A stretch of 63,854 bases of DNA, filler included, from an uncultured Methanosarcinales archaeon (GTDB lineage: Archaea; Nanobdellota; Nanobdellia; Woesearchaeales; CAYXTQ01), in NCBI GenBank assembly GCA_964608065.1. It is 4 parts of 4 records of this genome, joined end to end, with 100 filler letters (N's around TTAATTAATTAA, not from the genome) between each part and the next. Parts side by side here need not be neighbours in the genome. Positions count along the whole stretch, not along the records: positions 48,888 to 63,854 come from CAZSMA010000032.1; 3 more parts are not named here. One strand, written 5' to 3'. The notes beneath the pieces were generated by a model, which had not been told where the DNA came from, did not search any database, and was given only the letters and a program-made list of their open reading frames with translations. The stretch's first letter is position 1. Every line of letters begins with the position of its first letter. Shown here in pieces: positions 50,876 through 61,109 of this stretch. The translations under genes were made by a program, and so were the position numbers.

Positions 50876-52387
50876 ATGCAACATAAGTGTGGAGTTCTTG
50901 CAATGATTGGAATAGGGGGAACAATACCTTTGTCTTATAGGGCTTTGACACATATCCAACACAGAGGCCAAGGAAGCGCAGGTATATCCTTCAAGGAAAA
51001 TAACCTGAATAACTTAAAAGAGCCATACAAACTTAATGTTATAAAAGATATGGGTTTAGTTAACGATTTATTCAAAAAACCTGAATTAATGGAATTGGGT
51101 AATTACAAAACAATCGACACACTTGTTGGCCATGTAAGGTATTCAACAGTTGGCGGAAACATAATTGAAAATGCACAACCAATATCAGCAGATCTTAAAA
51201 TTGATGGTGAAGAATATAGTGTTTCATTAGCTCACAATGGCCAGATAAATAATGTAGAAGGCGTAAATGGTTTAAAAGAGAGACTAAAACAAGAAGGGAT
51301 AAATTACACTTATCAAACAAACTCTGATTCTGAAATATTATTCCCTTTGCTAAAAAAACATAAAAATAACAATCTGGAAGACGCAGTTGCAGCATCTCTA
51401 AAAGAGCTCAAAGGTTCTTATTGTTTTTCATTACATTTTCTTAACAAAAAAACAGGAGAAGAGACAATAATTGGAGCTAGGGATCCTCATGGATACAGGC
51501 CTCTTGTTTTAGGTAAAAAGGGCAATGGATGGGTTATATCTTCAGAGACATCTCCTTTCGGGTCACTAGGTATAGAATACATTAGAGATATATTGCCAGG
51601 TGAAATGATATCTATCAATAAAGAAGAAAACCCCAAATTTAGACAATTTGCAGAAACTAAATGGAGATTTTGTGATTTTGAGTATATCTATTTTAGCAGG
51701 GATGATAGCTCAATCCAGTTGTCAGGTAACAAAATCCCAAGGCAAACAATATATTCTATAAGAAAAAATCTGGGCGCAGAACTCTATAGAGAAATCAATA
51801 AAAAAAACATCTCATTCAAACCAGATATAGTTGTGCCATTGATGGATTCTGGAATAGCTTCTGCAAACGGATTTTCACAAGCTTCAGGAATAACTTTAGA
51901 GAACGCAATTTTAAGGAACAAATATCTTCCGAGAACATTCATAATGCCTGAAGAGCTAAGACAGCAAAGCGTAATAGACAAACACATCCCCATAAGCGAT
52001 GTTTTATATGGAAGAGAAGTTTTGATAATTGATGATAGTATAGTAACAGGAAACACCACAAAACAGAGAGTAGCAGCAATCAAAGAAGCAGTTGGTGAAC
52101 ATGGTAAGGTGTATGTTGCAATAGCATCACCTCCAATTATTGATAAGTGTGATTATGGTGTTGATACAAAGAGGAGAGAGTTAATTGCCAGAAAGATGTT
52201 GCATAAATTAGGTTACACACCAGATCACTACATGAAGTCTAAGGGCGTTAGAGACCAAGTAATAGAAGAAATACAAAAATATATTGGGGCAGATAAGCTT
52301 TTCTTCCTAAGTAAAGATGGTATGCGTAATGCTTTCCCAAAAAACATAGATTACTGCGGTTATTGTTTACAAGGCGGTTTTGGTTAG
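50876..52387 (+). CDS. purF: Amidophosphoribosyltransferase (Fe-S type, divergent)
   Basis: MQHK|CGV, QHRGQ, GHVRYST, HNG, RDPHG.RPL, C.FEYIYFSR.DS, DDSIV.G.T, C.YG.D, C..C. Confidence 0.88.
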   Translation: MQHKCGVLAMIGIGGTIPLSYRALTHIQHRGQGSAGISFKENNLNNLKEPYKLNVIKDMGLVNDLFKKPELMELGNYKTIDTLVGHVRYSTVGGNIIENAQPISADLKIDGEEYSVSLAHNGQINNVEGVNGLKERLKQEGINYTYQTNSDSEILFPLLKKHKNNNLEDAVAASLKELKGSYCFSLHFLNKKTGEETIIGARDPHGYRPLVLGKKGNGWVISSETSPFGSLGIEYIRDILPGEMISINKEENPKFRQFAETKWRFCDFEYIYFSRDDSSIQLSGNKIPRQTIYSIRKNLGAELYREINKKNISFKPDIVVPLMDSGIASANGFSQASGITLENAILRNKYLPRTFIMPEELRQQSVIDKHIPISDVLYGREVLIIDDSIVTGNTTKQRVAAIKEAVGEHGKVYVAIASPPIIDKCDYGVDTKRRELIARKMLHKLGYTPDHYMKSKGVRDQVIEEIQKYIGADKLFFLSKDGMRNAFPKNIDYCGYCLQGGFG

Positions 52388-53247
52388 TTTGGAATATACT
52401 CATCAGCAATTTTCCTAATGATCCTAAAATAATGTTCAACACCCACATGAAAAGAAGGCGCCATTTCTTTTTTTTCTTTAGGTTCTAATCCAATGATATA
52501 TTCTTGGTCATCATCTCCTTTTATAGGGTTTATTTGCCCTGTTGGGTGTTTTTTCCATTTACCATTCACTAACCTATATCTTGTTTCTGAATCGTGAGCA
52601 TTAAAAGGAGCAACACCACATATATCAAAAGCAACCACATCATTAGAACCAACTAATTCACTAATAGAATCCAATAAATCAGATAAATCTACAAATCCTT
52701 TTTTGTAGTATATGTCAATATAATCTCCATAAGATATATCCATATCAACTGAAATATGTATTTTTTTCCCTTTTAGTTCCCCGCTTAATGAAGGATCTTC
52801 TTTAGACCCGAATTTTGCCCTTGTAAGTTCTTCAAAGGACCAACTACAACCCCCCTTACAGTCTATATTGTATATCTTTGAATAGATTTTTTCAGATCTT
52901 GTATCTCCAATATGTGTTGCACAAGGAGCTATACCCATCATATTATCTAAATGCTGATCAAAGACTATTTTTACTAAATCGGATTTATCATAACCTATTT
53001 CATCATAATATTTTTTTATTTTTAGTGATAAGTTATGTGTTTCTCCATGCTCTGTTCCTGAACCACATATAAGCAAAGGCAAAATTTTATTATCATGAAT
53101 ATACTGTTCAATATACATTGGATTATTTAAATTTTTAATTAGAAAATTCATACCACTTACTTCTATTTTTTTTTTTAGTTCTTCATATATCAAAAAAGAT
53201 TCTTCTGAACCCGAAACCAAAAAATTTATACCCATAATAGAATTCAT
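52384..53247 (-). CDS. Arginase/ureohydrolase-fold protein (divergent)
   Basis: GSGTEH, FDQHLD (DxHxD), HISVDMD, AFDICG. Confidence 0.65.
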   Translation of the reverse strand: MNSIMGINFLVSGSEESFLIYEELKKKIEVSGMNFLIKNLNNPMYIEQYIHDNKILPLLICGSGTEHGETHNLSLKIKKYYDEIGYDKSDLVKIVFDQHLDNMMGIAPCATHIGDTRSEKIYSKIYNIDCKGGCSWSFEELTRAKFGSKEDPSLSGELKGKKIHISVDMDISYGDYIDIYYKKGFVDLSDLLDSISELVGSNDVVAFDICGVAPFNAHDSETRYRLVNGKWKKHPTGQINPIKGDDDQEYIIGLEPKEKKEMAPSFHVGVEHYFRIIRKIADEYIPN

Positions 53248-53306
53248 TTTTCAACTTATTTATAAATCTTTCTAAAATAATCACTAAAAAGTAAATACAA
53301 AACTAA

Positions 53307-54002
53307 TTAAAACAACTTAAAACCTTTATTTTCTTTTGTACCGATTATACCACCTTCAACTATTTTAAACAATATCTCTTTCTCACTCAAACTTCTATGT
53401 TTACGAAGAATAGCCTTTCTTATACCTGAATGAAACATCTGTAATTCTATCAGACACTTGCTGCTATACTTCAATAAATCTCCTCCAACCATACTCACTC
53501 TGCCTTTATTCTTAAAATCAGCATAAACTTGATTAGTAACCAAAACAGGAATATCTTTCTTTCTTGAAATCTCTGCTAAATATGAAAGCTGCTGCCCTAA
53601 TGCTCTATTGACTTCATAAACCCCCTCAGATTTGCCTAACTCAAGTCTATAAAGCATAGCAATTGTATCAACAACTATCAAACCAATCTTATCATTAACT
53701 ATCTCTTTTAACCTCTCAAAGCTTTTTTTCTGCTCTTTAAAATTAGTTGGCTTCAAAAAAATAAACCTTCCTAATAACTTCTTATAATCCAGAGCAATCT
53801 GCTTCATCCTTTCTAAACTAAAACTGCCTTCAGTATCAACATATATCACTTTCTTCCCTTTCCTTGCTATATTTATAGAAGCTAGCAACACTAAATTAGT
53901 CTTCCCACTACCTGCAGGACCATATATTGTTGTGATTATATCAGAATCATAACCACCATCCAGCATTCTGTCCAATATCCTACTTCCACTAGGAACTTTC
54001 AT
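53307..54002 (-). CDS. radB: DNA repair and recombination protein RadB
   Basis: LDRMLDGG, YGPAGSGKT, DTEG, TNQVY, VGG, C-terminal KHR. Confidence 0.93.
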   Translation of the reverse strand: MKVPSGSRILDRMLDGGYDSDIITTIYGPAGSGKTNLVLLASINIARKGKKVIYVDTEGSFSLERMKQIALDYKKLLGRFIFLKPTNFKEQKKSFERLKEIVNDKIGLIVVDTIAMLYRLELGKSEGVYEVNRALGQQLSYLAEISRKKDIPVLVTNQVYADFKNKGRVSMVGGDLLKYSSKCLIELQMFHSGIRKAILRKHRSLSEKEILFKIVEGGIIGTKENKGFKLF

Positions 54003-54077
54003 AATACCACCAAATCCTTGCCATTTATATATATTTTACTAAAAATATTTAAATAAAACACCCACTATAATCCCAAT

Positions 54078-55565
54078 ATGAAGAAACAGTACACAATCCT
54101 AGCTTTAATATTCTTACTAACATTAGGAATAAGATTATATTACACCTTTCAGACACCTTATTTTGATACAGAAGCATATTCTGTAATAAGAGAGGTAGAT
54201 CATATACATAACGCAGTAATACCTTTATTCAAAGATAATCTAAGCTATGGTGGAAGAAACTTAATATTTCCACCGCATTATTATTATGTGCTGCTTTTTT
54301 TTAAGATAACACTAGGAAACTTCCTAGCCTTCAAAATAATCCCCAATCTTTTTGCATCATTATTAGTCTTTGTTGTATACTCAATATCATTGGATATAAC
54401 TAAAGATTACAAAGCATCTTTATTTACAGCATTTATATCCGGCTTTCTACCTATATTTTTTGGAGGAACAATCAACAACATCTCGGTTTATACTTTAATA
54501 ATTCCATTAACTTTTTTCACATTATTATGCTTCATGAAAGTTAGTGAAAACAAAAAATATGTTTTTTACTTTATAGCTTCCCTTGCTTTATTAAGATTAA
54601 GCCACCCATCTGCTATTTTATCAATAATTGCATTAGGGTTTTACATACTTGTTGTCAGGTTAGAAGGTCTGAAACAAACCAGAGAAGAGTTAGAGTTAAT
54701 CCTTTTCTCTACTTTTATCATTATATGGTCTTTTTTGGTAGTATTCAAAAATCCTTTGTTAGTTCATGGCCCGCAAGTTATATGGCAGAACATACCTTTC
54801 CAGGTATTATCTAAATATTTTACTGAATTCAATATCTTAGAAGCAATATACTACATAGGTATAGTCCCTTTTATATTCGGCATCTATATAATCTATAACT
54901 ATATATTCAGAAAAAAAGATAAAAAAATGTATTTATTGATATCTTTTGCAATATCAATGCTAATCCTATTATGGCTAAAGTTAATACAATTAAAAATAGG
55001 TTTAATATTCCTAAGTGTTATTCTTACGATTTTATTCTCAAAATTCTTTATTTTATCCTCTGATTATTTAAAAAAGACAAAGCTTCATAAATTCACACCA
55101 TTAATTTATTTCCTGTTATTCATATTGATAATAACTACATCATTCCTTCCTTCTATAACCTCTGCAAAAGAATCAATAGAAAAATCAGTAACTACAGAAG
55201 AAATTAAAGCATTGGAATGGATAAAACTGAACACAGACAAAGAGGATGTAATATTGTCCACAGTTGAGGAAGGCTATATGATAACTGCAATTGCTGAAAG
55301 AAAAAACATCGCAGACCCCAATTTTTTATTAATAGAAGATGCAGATCAAAGAGTAACAAACATAGAACAGATATACATGACTGTTTTTGAGACAGAAGCA
55401 ATCAACTTGTTGAATAAATATGATATAAAATACATCTATTTTTCAGACAGAGCTAAAAATCGATTCGATATTGAAGAAATCAAATACATAGATGAAAAAT
55501 GCTTTGACCTTGTTTATGACAACAAAATAAAGATCTATAAATCACTATGCGTTATAAGTGAATAA
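54078..55565 (+). CDS. AglB/STT3-like multi-TM protein lacking WWDYG
   Basis: DTEAY..IR...D.LSYGGR...PP; ~13 TM; C-domain ALEWIK.NT....VILSTVEEGY.I...AERKNIAD; LLNKYDIKYIY. Confidence 0.7.
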   Translation: MKKQYTILALIFLLTLGIRLYYTFQTPYFDTEAYSVIREVDHIHNAVIPLFKDNLSYGGRNLIFPPHYYYVLLFFKITLGNFLAFKIIPNLFASLLVFVVYSISLDITKDYKASLFTAFISGFLPIFFGGTINNISVYTLIIPLTFFTLLCFMKVSENKKYVFYFIASLALLRLSHPSAILSIIALGFYILVVRLEGLKQTREELELILFSTFIIIWSFLVVFKNPLLVHGPQVIWQNIPFQVLSKYFTEFNILEAIYYIGIVPFIFGIYIIYNYIFRKKDKKMYLLISFAISMLILLWLKLIQLKIGLIFLSVILTILFSKFFILSSDYLKKTKLHKFTPLIYFLLFILIITTSFLPSITSAKESIEKSVTTEEIKALEWIKLNTDKEDVILSTVEEGYMITAIAERKNIADPNFLLIEDADQRVTNIEQIYMTVFETEAINLLNKYDIKYIYFSDRAKNRFDIEEIKYIDEKCFDLVYDNKIKIYKSLCVISE

Positions 55566-56996
55566 ATGATAAAAAAAATAATTAAAAATGAAAAGAGCGC
55601 ATTTGTAATCTTGTTACTATTAGCAATAATCGTCTTAACAATCACACCCTTCATAAGATATACCAACAAAGACCCTTTGATCATAGGAGAACAGCCTTAT
55701 TATTATCTAAGGATTGCTAAAGACATAGAAATAAAAACAGATGCTTTAAGTTATAGTGGAAGGGAATATATATTTGACCCTTATGATTATTTTCTGGCAT
55801 TCATCTACAAATTAATTGGAACTGTTTTCTTCCTTCCATTCATATTAGGCATCTCCTCTACAATAATCTTTTATTATCTTATTAAAAAACTTAAACTAAA
55901 CTCAATTACTAATTTCTTAATAATGCTCACACTTATTTTGTCACCAATATTCATACACACATTTACATCCCTAAATAAACCCTCTTTGGTAATTTTCCTT
56001 ATGTTGCTGGGTTTTTTACTTTTTACTGAAAAAAAAAAGAATCCCATAATCCTTTCAGTCATAATATTCAGCATAATACCTGTATTCAACATATTAGCAG
56101 CTATAATCTCTATACTAATTCTTTTATCTTACTCATTGTATAAAAAAGAAAAAATAAAAACATTCTACACAACCATTGCACTAACATCCTTGGTTAGCGT
56201 AATATACTATCTCAAAATTTATTTAAAGTATGGTTTTCCTCAAAAAATTGCTTTTATCTCAACAAACTATCTGCAAACACTGATATCTGATTTAGGCTCT
56301 TTTGCAGGATTATCATTCTTTAACATAATTTTAATTGTAATAGGTATAATCTCCACAAGAAGGTATAAGAAAAATTTATGGCCAATTTACATTGCAATAT
56401 TTATAACTTTAATATCAATTCCTTACTACCCTTTATCAACAATCTATCTTAAAATTATAGTAACAGCCTTTACAGGCATAGGCTTCTATAAAATAGTAAG
56501 CATGAGATGGAAACTCAGATTTATAAGGGACTTAAGCATCTTTGTAATCATCCTAGGATTATTGTTCTCAGTAACATCTTACACAAACAGGCAAGTTAAC
56601 TCTCTGCCAGACAAGAATATAAAAGAAAGCCTGGAATACATTGATGTTTACTCTGATACAGAAGAAGTAGTTTTATCTCATTACAGCAGAGGTTTTTGGA
56701 TAGAACACTTTGCAAACAGGGCAACAGTAATGGATTCTTTATTTAGATATGCTCCTGATCCTAACCAAAGATACAATGATTTGAACAAAATATTCTATGC
56801 AAAAAATTTAAATGACGCAAAAGAACTACTAGACAAATATAATATAGATTATATTTATATTGACAATGAAATGAAACAAGGCCTTGTCTGGAAAAAAGAA
56901 AAACAAGGCCTGCTTTTTTTATTCAGAAACAACGAAACATTTAAAAGCATATATAGTAAAAACGGGATAGAAATATGGCAATATTTACATAACTAA
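55566..56996 (+). CDS. AglB/STT3-like multi-TM protein lacking WWDYG (tandem paralog)
   Basis: EQPYYYLR...DALSYSGR; VVLSHYSRGFWIEHFANRATVMD; LLDKYNIDYIY. Confidence 0.7.
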   Translation: MIKKIIKNEKSAFVILLLLAIIVLTITPFIRYTNKDPLIIGEQPYYYLRIAKDIEIKTDALSYSGREYIFDPYDYFLAFIYKLIGTVFFLPFILGISSTIIFYYLIKKLKLNSITNFLIMLTLILSPIFIHTFTSLNKPSLVIFLMLLGFLLFTEKKKNPIILSVIIFSIIPVFNILAAIISILILLSYSLYKKEKIKTFYTTIALTSLVSVIYYLKIYLKYGFPQKIAFISTNYLQTLISDLGSFAGLSFFNIILIVIGIISTRRYKKNLWPIYIAIFITLISIPYYPLSTIYLKIIVTAFTGIGFYKIVSMRWKLRFIRDLSIFVIILGLLFSVTSYTNRQVNSLPDKNIKESLEYIDVYSDTEEVVLSHYSRGFWIEHFANRATVMDSLFRYAPDPNQRYNDLNKIFYAKNLNDAKELLDKYNIDYIYIDNEMKQGLVWKKEKQGLLFLFRNNETFKSIYSKNGIEIWQYLHN

Positions 56997-56997
56997 A

Positions 56998-58242
56998 ATG
57001 AGCTTTGGAGAAATTTTAATTTATATAGCATCTTACTTTGGACTATTTACCTCTATTTTCTTCTTAATAACTATGTATGAGAACAAACACAAACTAAGAG
57101 TTCCAAAACCAAAAAAAATATACTCTGTCTCTATCATAGTTCCAGCATATAACGAAGAAAAAACAATAGCAAAAACAATAAAATCATTATTAAACTTAGA
57201 TTATCCTAAGGACAAACTTGAAATCATTATAGTAGATGACGGTTCTAAAGACAAAACTTACAAGATATCAAAACAGTTTGAAAGTAAAAATGTAAAAGTT
57301 TATACAAAAAAAAATGGAGGAAAAGGAACAGCACTTAATTTTGGATTAGAAAAATCATCTGGAGAATTAGTTGGAGCTTTGGATGCAGATTCTTTTGTAG
57401 CTCCAAACGCATTAAAACGCATTATAGGGTATTTTAATGATAATGAAGTTATGGCAGTCACACCTTCTATGAAGGTGTATAATCCAAAGACTATCTTACA
57501 AAAGATACAAATGATAGAATATTTGATGGGAATATTCCTAAGAAAAGTTTTTGCAATGCTTGGCTCTATTCATGTAACACCAGGACCTTTCTCAATCTAT
57601 AGGAAGGTTTTTTTTGATTCCTATGGGGGTTTTGATGAAAAAAATATAGCAGAAGATCAGGAAGTAGCATTAAGGATTCAATCAAAAAAATATATTATTG
57701 AAAATAGTGAAACAGCTTCTGTCTATACAGTAAGCCCAAAAAACTTCGGAGATCTTTTAAGACAAAGAATAAGATGGTATGTAGGCTTTATCCAGAATAC
57801 TTATGCTTATAGGCATTTATTTGGAAAAAAACATGGCAACTTAGGACTATTCATCCTTCCAGGCTCTTTTATCTCAGTATTTCTAGTCATAATTTTAATG
57901 TTTTATTTCGCATATAGACTTGTTATTAATGTATCCCGACATTTAATAAATTATTACCAGATAAGATTTGATTTTTTACCTTTGCTTAATTTCAAATTGG
58001 ATAGTTTTTATCTTTATATAACTCCTATATTGATATTAGCATTGATATCCTTAGCATTCGGAATAGCAATAGTCTATATTGCAAAAAAGATTTCAAAAGA
58101 AAAGATAAAAATAAAATTTTCATATATATTCTACTTATTATTTTATGGAGTATTATTCGGATTATGGTGGCTTATTTCAGGAATCTACAAAATCATTGGA
58201 AAAAAAGTATATTGGGGTAAAAAAAATCTAAATGAGTGCTAA
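56998..58242 (+). CDS. Processive GT2 (PgaC/hyaluronan-synthase-like)
   Basis: VPAYNEE, DDGS, GGKG.ALN, DADS, AED, RQRIRW, flanking TM helices. Confidence 0.88.
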   Translation: MSFGEILIYIASYFGLFTSIFFLITMYENKHKLRVPKPKKIYSVSIIVPAYNEEKTIAKTIKSLLNLDYPKDKLEIIIVDDGSKDKTYKISKQFESKNVKVYTKKNGGKGTALNFGLEKSSGELVGALDADSFVAPNALKRIIGYFNDNEVMAVTPSMKVYNPKTILQKIQMIEYLMGIFLRKVFAMLGSIHVTPGPFSIYRKVFFDSYGGFDEKNIAEDQEVALRIQSKKYIIENSETASVYTVSPKNFGDLLRQRIRWYVGFIQNTYAYRHLFGKKHGNLGLFILPGSFISVFLVIILMFYFAYRLVINVSRHLINYYQIRFDFLPLLNFKLDSFYLYITPILILALISLAFGIAIVYIAKKISKEKIKIKFSYIFYLLFYGVLFGLWWLISGIYKIIGKKVYWGKKNLNEC

Positions 58243-58867
58243 AAAAATAAATATAAAAAAATATATCCTTGTCTTTATAATTACTACTCTGATATTTTTA
58301 TTTGGTTTGATGCTTGGCAACAATATAAGTGACAACAAACTAAGCAAAGTAAATACTTTAGAGCAGGACATTAGGACAGACACAATGGCCATTGAACTAC
58401 AATACTTATTATTGGCAGAAGACCCATGCTCAAGCGTTAATTCAACAACCTTATCTGAAGAATTATATGAAATGGGGGGCAAATTGGATTTCATGGAGCA
58501 AAGCCTGGGAAAAAAAAATAAAGATGTAATAAGATTAAAAAATTATTATTCCTTATTAGAATTAAGACATTGGCTTTTTATGAAAAAACAGAAAAAAGAA
58601 TGTAACACAGACAATACACTAGTATTATATTTTTATTCAAACCTTGGAGATTGTGAAAGATGTGAAGAACAAGGGTTTGTATTAAACTACTTAAGAAAAA
58701 AACACCCGAACATAAACGTATATTCTTTCGACATAAACATAAACAACATAGCTTTAGAAACAGTAAAAAAACTCTATGAAGTCAATAAAGTACCGACAGT
58801 AATAATAAATGATAATGTTCTAGAAGATTTTAACACTTTAGAATATTTGGAGATTTTTATTTCTTAA
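58232..58867 (+). CDS. Membrane-anchored thioredoxin-like protein
   Basis: N-terminal TM, LYFYS...CERC, VPTVIIN. Confidence 0.7.
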   Translation: MSAKKINIKKYILVFIITTLIFLFGLMLGNNISDNKLSKVNTLEQDIRTDTMAIELQYLLLAEDPCSSVNSTTLSEELYEMGGKLDFMEQSLGKKNKDVIRLKNYYSLLELRHWLFMKKQKKECNTDNTLVLYFYSNLGDCERCEEQGFVLNYLRKKHPNINVYSFDININNIALETVKKLYEVNKVPTVIINDNVLEDFNTLEYLEIFIS

Positions 58868-59330
58868 ACCTTATTAGATCTCCAATAGTCATTCCATTTC
58901 CTTCCACTTTATGCAGTTTTCCATGCTCTTCTTCATAATGTTCAATAAGTTTTATTTTTAAGAACTTCTCAATCTTTCTTGCTAGAGCAATGCTTGGCTC
59001 AAAACTTCCTATCTCTATTTTATGCATTAATGATATTTTCTCATTAATCTTTTTTGCAAAATCCTCTTGTTTTAGTCCTAGTGCTTCCCTTTCTTTTTTT
59101 ATTATATTACCATAATCAGGAGTTATTATCTGGATTACTTCTTTCTTAGACTCTTCTTTCATTACTTTAACCAAATCCTCTTTGTTTTCTTTTCTTTTTC
59201 TTTTAGGCTCTGGTTCAACCTTTTTTATAACTTTACCGAATTGAGCACATTGATTACATACATTCATCTCTGTGCCTTCAATCAAAGCTATTACAAGATT
59301 AGTATCCTTACCACACATTTCACATTGCAT
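58857..59330 (-). CDS. mbf1: Archaeal multiprotein-bridging factor 1 (Zn ribbon + HTH)
   Basis: CEMCG...IEG..M.VC..C..FG; RE..GL.QEDFAKKINEK.S...KIE.G; TIGD. Confidence 0.92.
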   Translation of the reverse strand: MQCEMCGKDTNLVIALIEGTEMNVCNQCAQFGKVIKKVEPEPKRKRKENKEDLVKVMKEESKKEVIQIITPDYGNIIKKEREALGLKQEDFAKKINEKISLMHKIEIGSFEPSIALARKIEKFLKIKLIEHYEEEHGKLHKVEGNGMTIGDLIRFKK

Positions 59331-59331
59331 C

Positions 59332-59733
59332 TTATTCACCAATTATAGTTATGATTATATCCCTTTGTCTTGGTCCGTCAAAATCACATACCATGAGGCT
59401 TTGCCATTGACCTAACCCCAATTTCCCATTCTTTATTGGGATTGTCTCACTTGGACCAACAATTGCAGCCTTAATATGAGCATCAGCATTTCCATCTACT
59501 GAATCATGCCTCCACTTTCCCTGTGGAATCAGTTTAGCTAAACATTCATTAAAATCCTCGCAAACATTGGGATCATAGTTCTCATTAATTGCAATAGCAG
59601 CAGTAGCATGAGCAACAAACACATTACAAATCCCTTCCTTAACTTTGCTTTCTTCCACTATTTTTTTCACTTCATTATTTATATCAATCATCTCTAATCT
59701 TTTACTTGAACTTACTGTAATTGTCTTTTGCAT
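59332..59733 (-). CDS. yjbQ: YjbQ/UPF0047 family protein
   Basis: HATAA..INEN.DP, GNADAHIK, LG.WQ, DFDGPR.R. Confidence 0.92.
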   Translation of the reverse strand: MQKTITVSSSKRLEMIDINNEVKKIVEESKVKEGICNVFVAHATAAIAINENYDPNVCEDFNECLAKLIPQGKWRHDSVDGNADAHIKAAIVGPSETIPIKNGKLGLGQWQSLMVCDFDGPRQRDIIITIIGE

Positions 59734-59835
59734 ACTGTTGTGATTAATATAAGGATATAAAAATATTTCGTTATAACTTCAATATAATTAGAACCTATCA
59801 AAAACTATTTATATACCACTTTTATCCTAATCCTT

Positions 59836-60513
59836 ATGGCAAAAGAGAAATTTTTACTTGTTTCATTAAATGAAGACAAAGCTAAAAAACTAGCTCAGGT
59901 CATCAGCAACGAAACCTCCAGAAAAATACTGGATGATCTGGCTGAAAAAGAAAGCACAGAATCAGAACTAGCTGAAAAACTAAATATCCCTATCTCTACA
60001 GTACATTATAACTTACAGGCTTTAATGGACTGTGGCTTAATTGTAGCAGAAGAATTCCATTACTCAAAAAAAGGAAAAGAAATCTTACACTACAAACTAG
60101 CTAATAAATATATAATCATAGCTCCAAAAACAATCCATGGAATAAAAACTAAATTAAAATCCATTCTTCCAGTTGCATTAATCCTGGCTGTAGTTTCAGG
60201 AGGAATTCAAATCTTCTCAAAACTTTACCAAAAAGGAATTTATGGATTTACACAGACATTTTCTAAAGCAGCACCTGTTGTTGAAAGAGCAATGGATGAA
60301 GCAGCATCAGGAAGAATAATGGCAGCAGTACCAGAAGCAGCTATGGCACTAGAAGCTCCAGTTGCAAACGAAACAGCACAGCAAGTCATCAAAACAGTTG
60401 TAAATCAACCATCTTTCTGGTCAAACATAACATTATGGTTTGTCATAGGAGCAATTTTCGCTATAATCCTGTTTTTTATTGTAGAAACAATAAACTCCCA
60501 TTCAAATAAGTAG
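59836..60513 (+). CDS. ArsR-family HTH regulator with two C-terminal TM helices
   Basis: SRKILD.L...TESELAEKLNIPISTVHYNL..L...GL; hydrophobic segments ILPVALILAVVSGGI and LWFVIGAIFAIILFFIV. Confidence 0.85.
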   Translation: MAKEKFLLVSLNEDKAKKLAQVISNETSRKILDDLAEKESTESELAEKLNIPISTVHYNLQALMDCGLIVAEEFHYSKKGKEILHYKLANKYIIIAPKTIHGIKTKLKSILPVALILAVVSGGIQIFSKLYQKGIYGFTQTFSKAAPVVERAMDEAASGRIMAAVPEAAMALEAPVANETAQQVIKTVVNQPSFWSNITLWFVIGAIFAIILFFIVETINSHSNK

Positions 60514-60628
60514 CAGGTGGGATTTTATGTGCTCAAAAACCAAATTGAATTGGATTTTAAGCGTCAAAAACCACTTGCTAATAATAATATACAAAAATAA
60601 AATCCATCTATGATAGGTGGTTTTTGAC
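60492..60628. repeat. Composite palindromic element (three stem-loops)
   Basis: Perfect 12-bp IR gtcaaaaaccac (60563-60574)/gtggtttttgac (60617-60628); imperfect gctcaaaaaccaa/ttggattttaagc and aaactcccat/gtgggatttt. Confidence 0.65.
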
Positions 60629-60642
60629 AAACTAAGAAAAGA

Positions 60643-61101
60643 ATGAAAACCATAATTGTAACTGGAACACCTGGAACAGGCAAGACAACTTTCTCTAAAA
60701 AAATCTCTAAAAAACTAAAATATCCTGTTCTGGATGTAAGCAAATTCATAAAAATAAAAAAATTAAGAGGAAGATATGATAAAAAAAAAAAGTGCTATGT
60801 TGTTGACACAAAAAAACTAAACAAAGAAATCCTTAAAGAATTAAACAAAATTAAAGCTAATAAACCAAAAGGAGTTATTATTGACTCTCACTTAAGCCAT
60901 CATATGCCTTCTAAATATGTTGACTTATGCTATGTTACTAAATGCAATCTAAAAACACTGGAAAAAAGATTAAAGAAAAAAAAAAAAAGATATTCTAAAA
61001 AAAAAGTAAGAGAAAATCTAGATGTAGAAATATTTGACATCTGCTATGTAGAAGCACTAGAAAACAAACATAAAGTAAAAGTTGTTTATACTGATAAATA
61101 A
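60643..61101 (+). CDS. Adenylate kinase AK6/Fap7 family
   Basis: GTPGTGKTT, IIDSHLSH, RL....Y...KV.ENL..EI. Confidence 0.88.
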   Translation: MKTIIVTGTPGTGKTTFSKKISKKLKYPVLDVSKFIKIKKLRGRYDKKKKCYVVDTKKLNKEILKELNKIKANKPKGVIIDSHLSHHMPSKYVDLCYVTKCNLKTLEKRLKKKKKRYSKKKVRENLDVEIFDICYVEALENKHKVKVVYTDK

Positions 61102-61109
61102 CATAAAAA

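Noticed and set aside
60564..60749. 61-aa ORF over the palindromic element
   Set aside because: Mostly antisense to AK6 and runs into the repeat
60976..60988. Long homopolymer runs (also 14420-14430) as phase-variation sites
   Set aside because: In-frame poly-Lys codons in an A-rich genome; no frameshift seen
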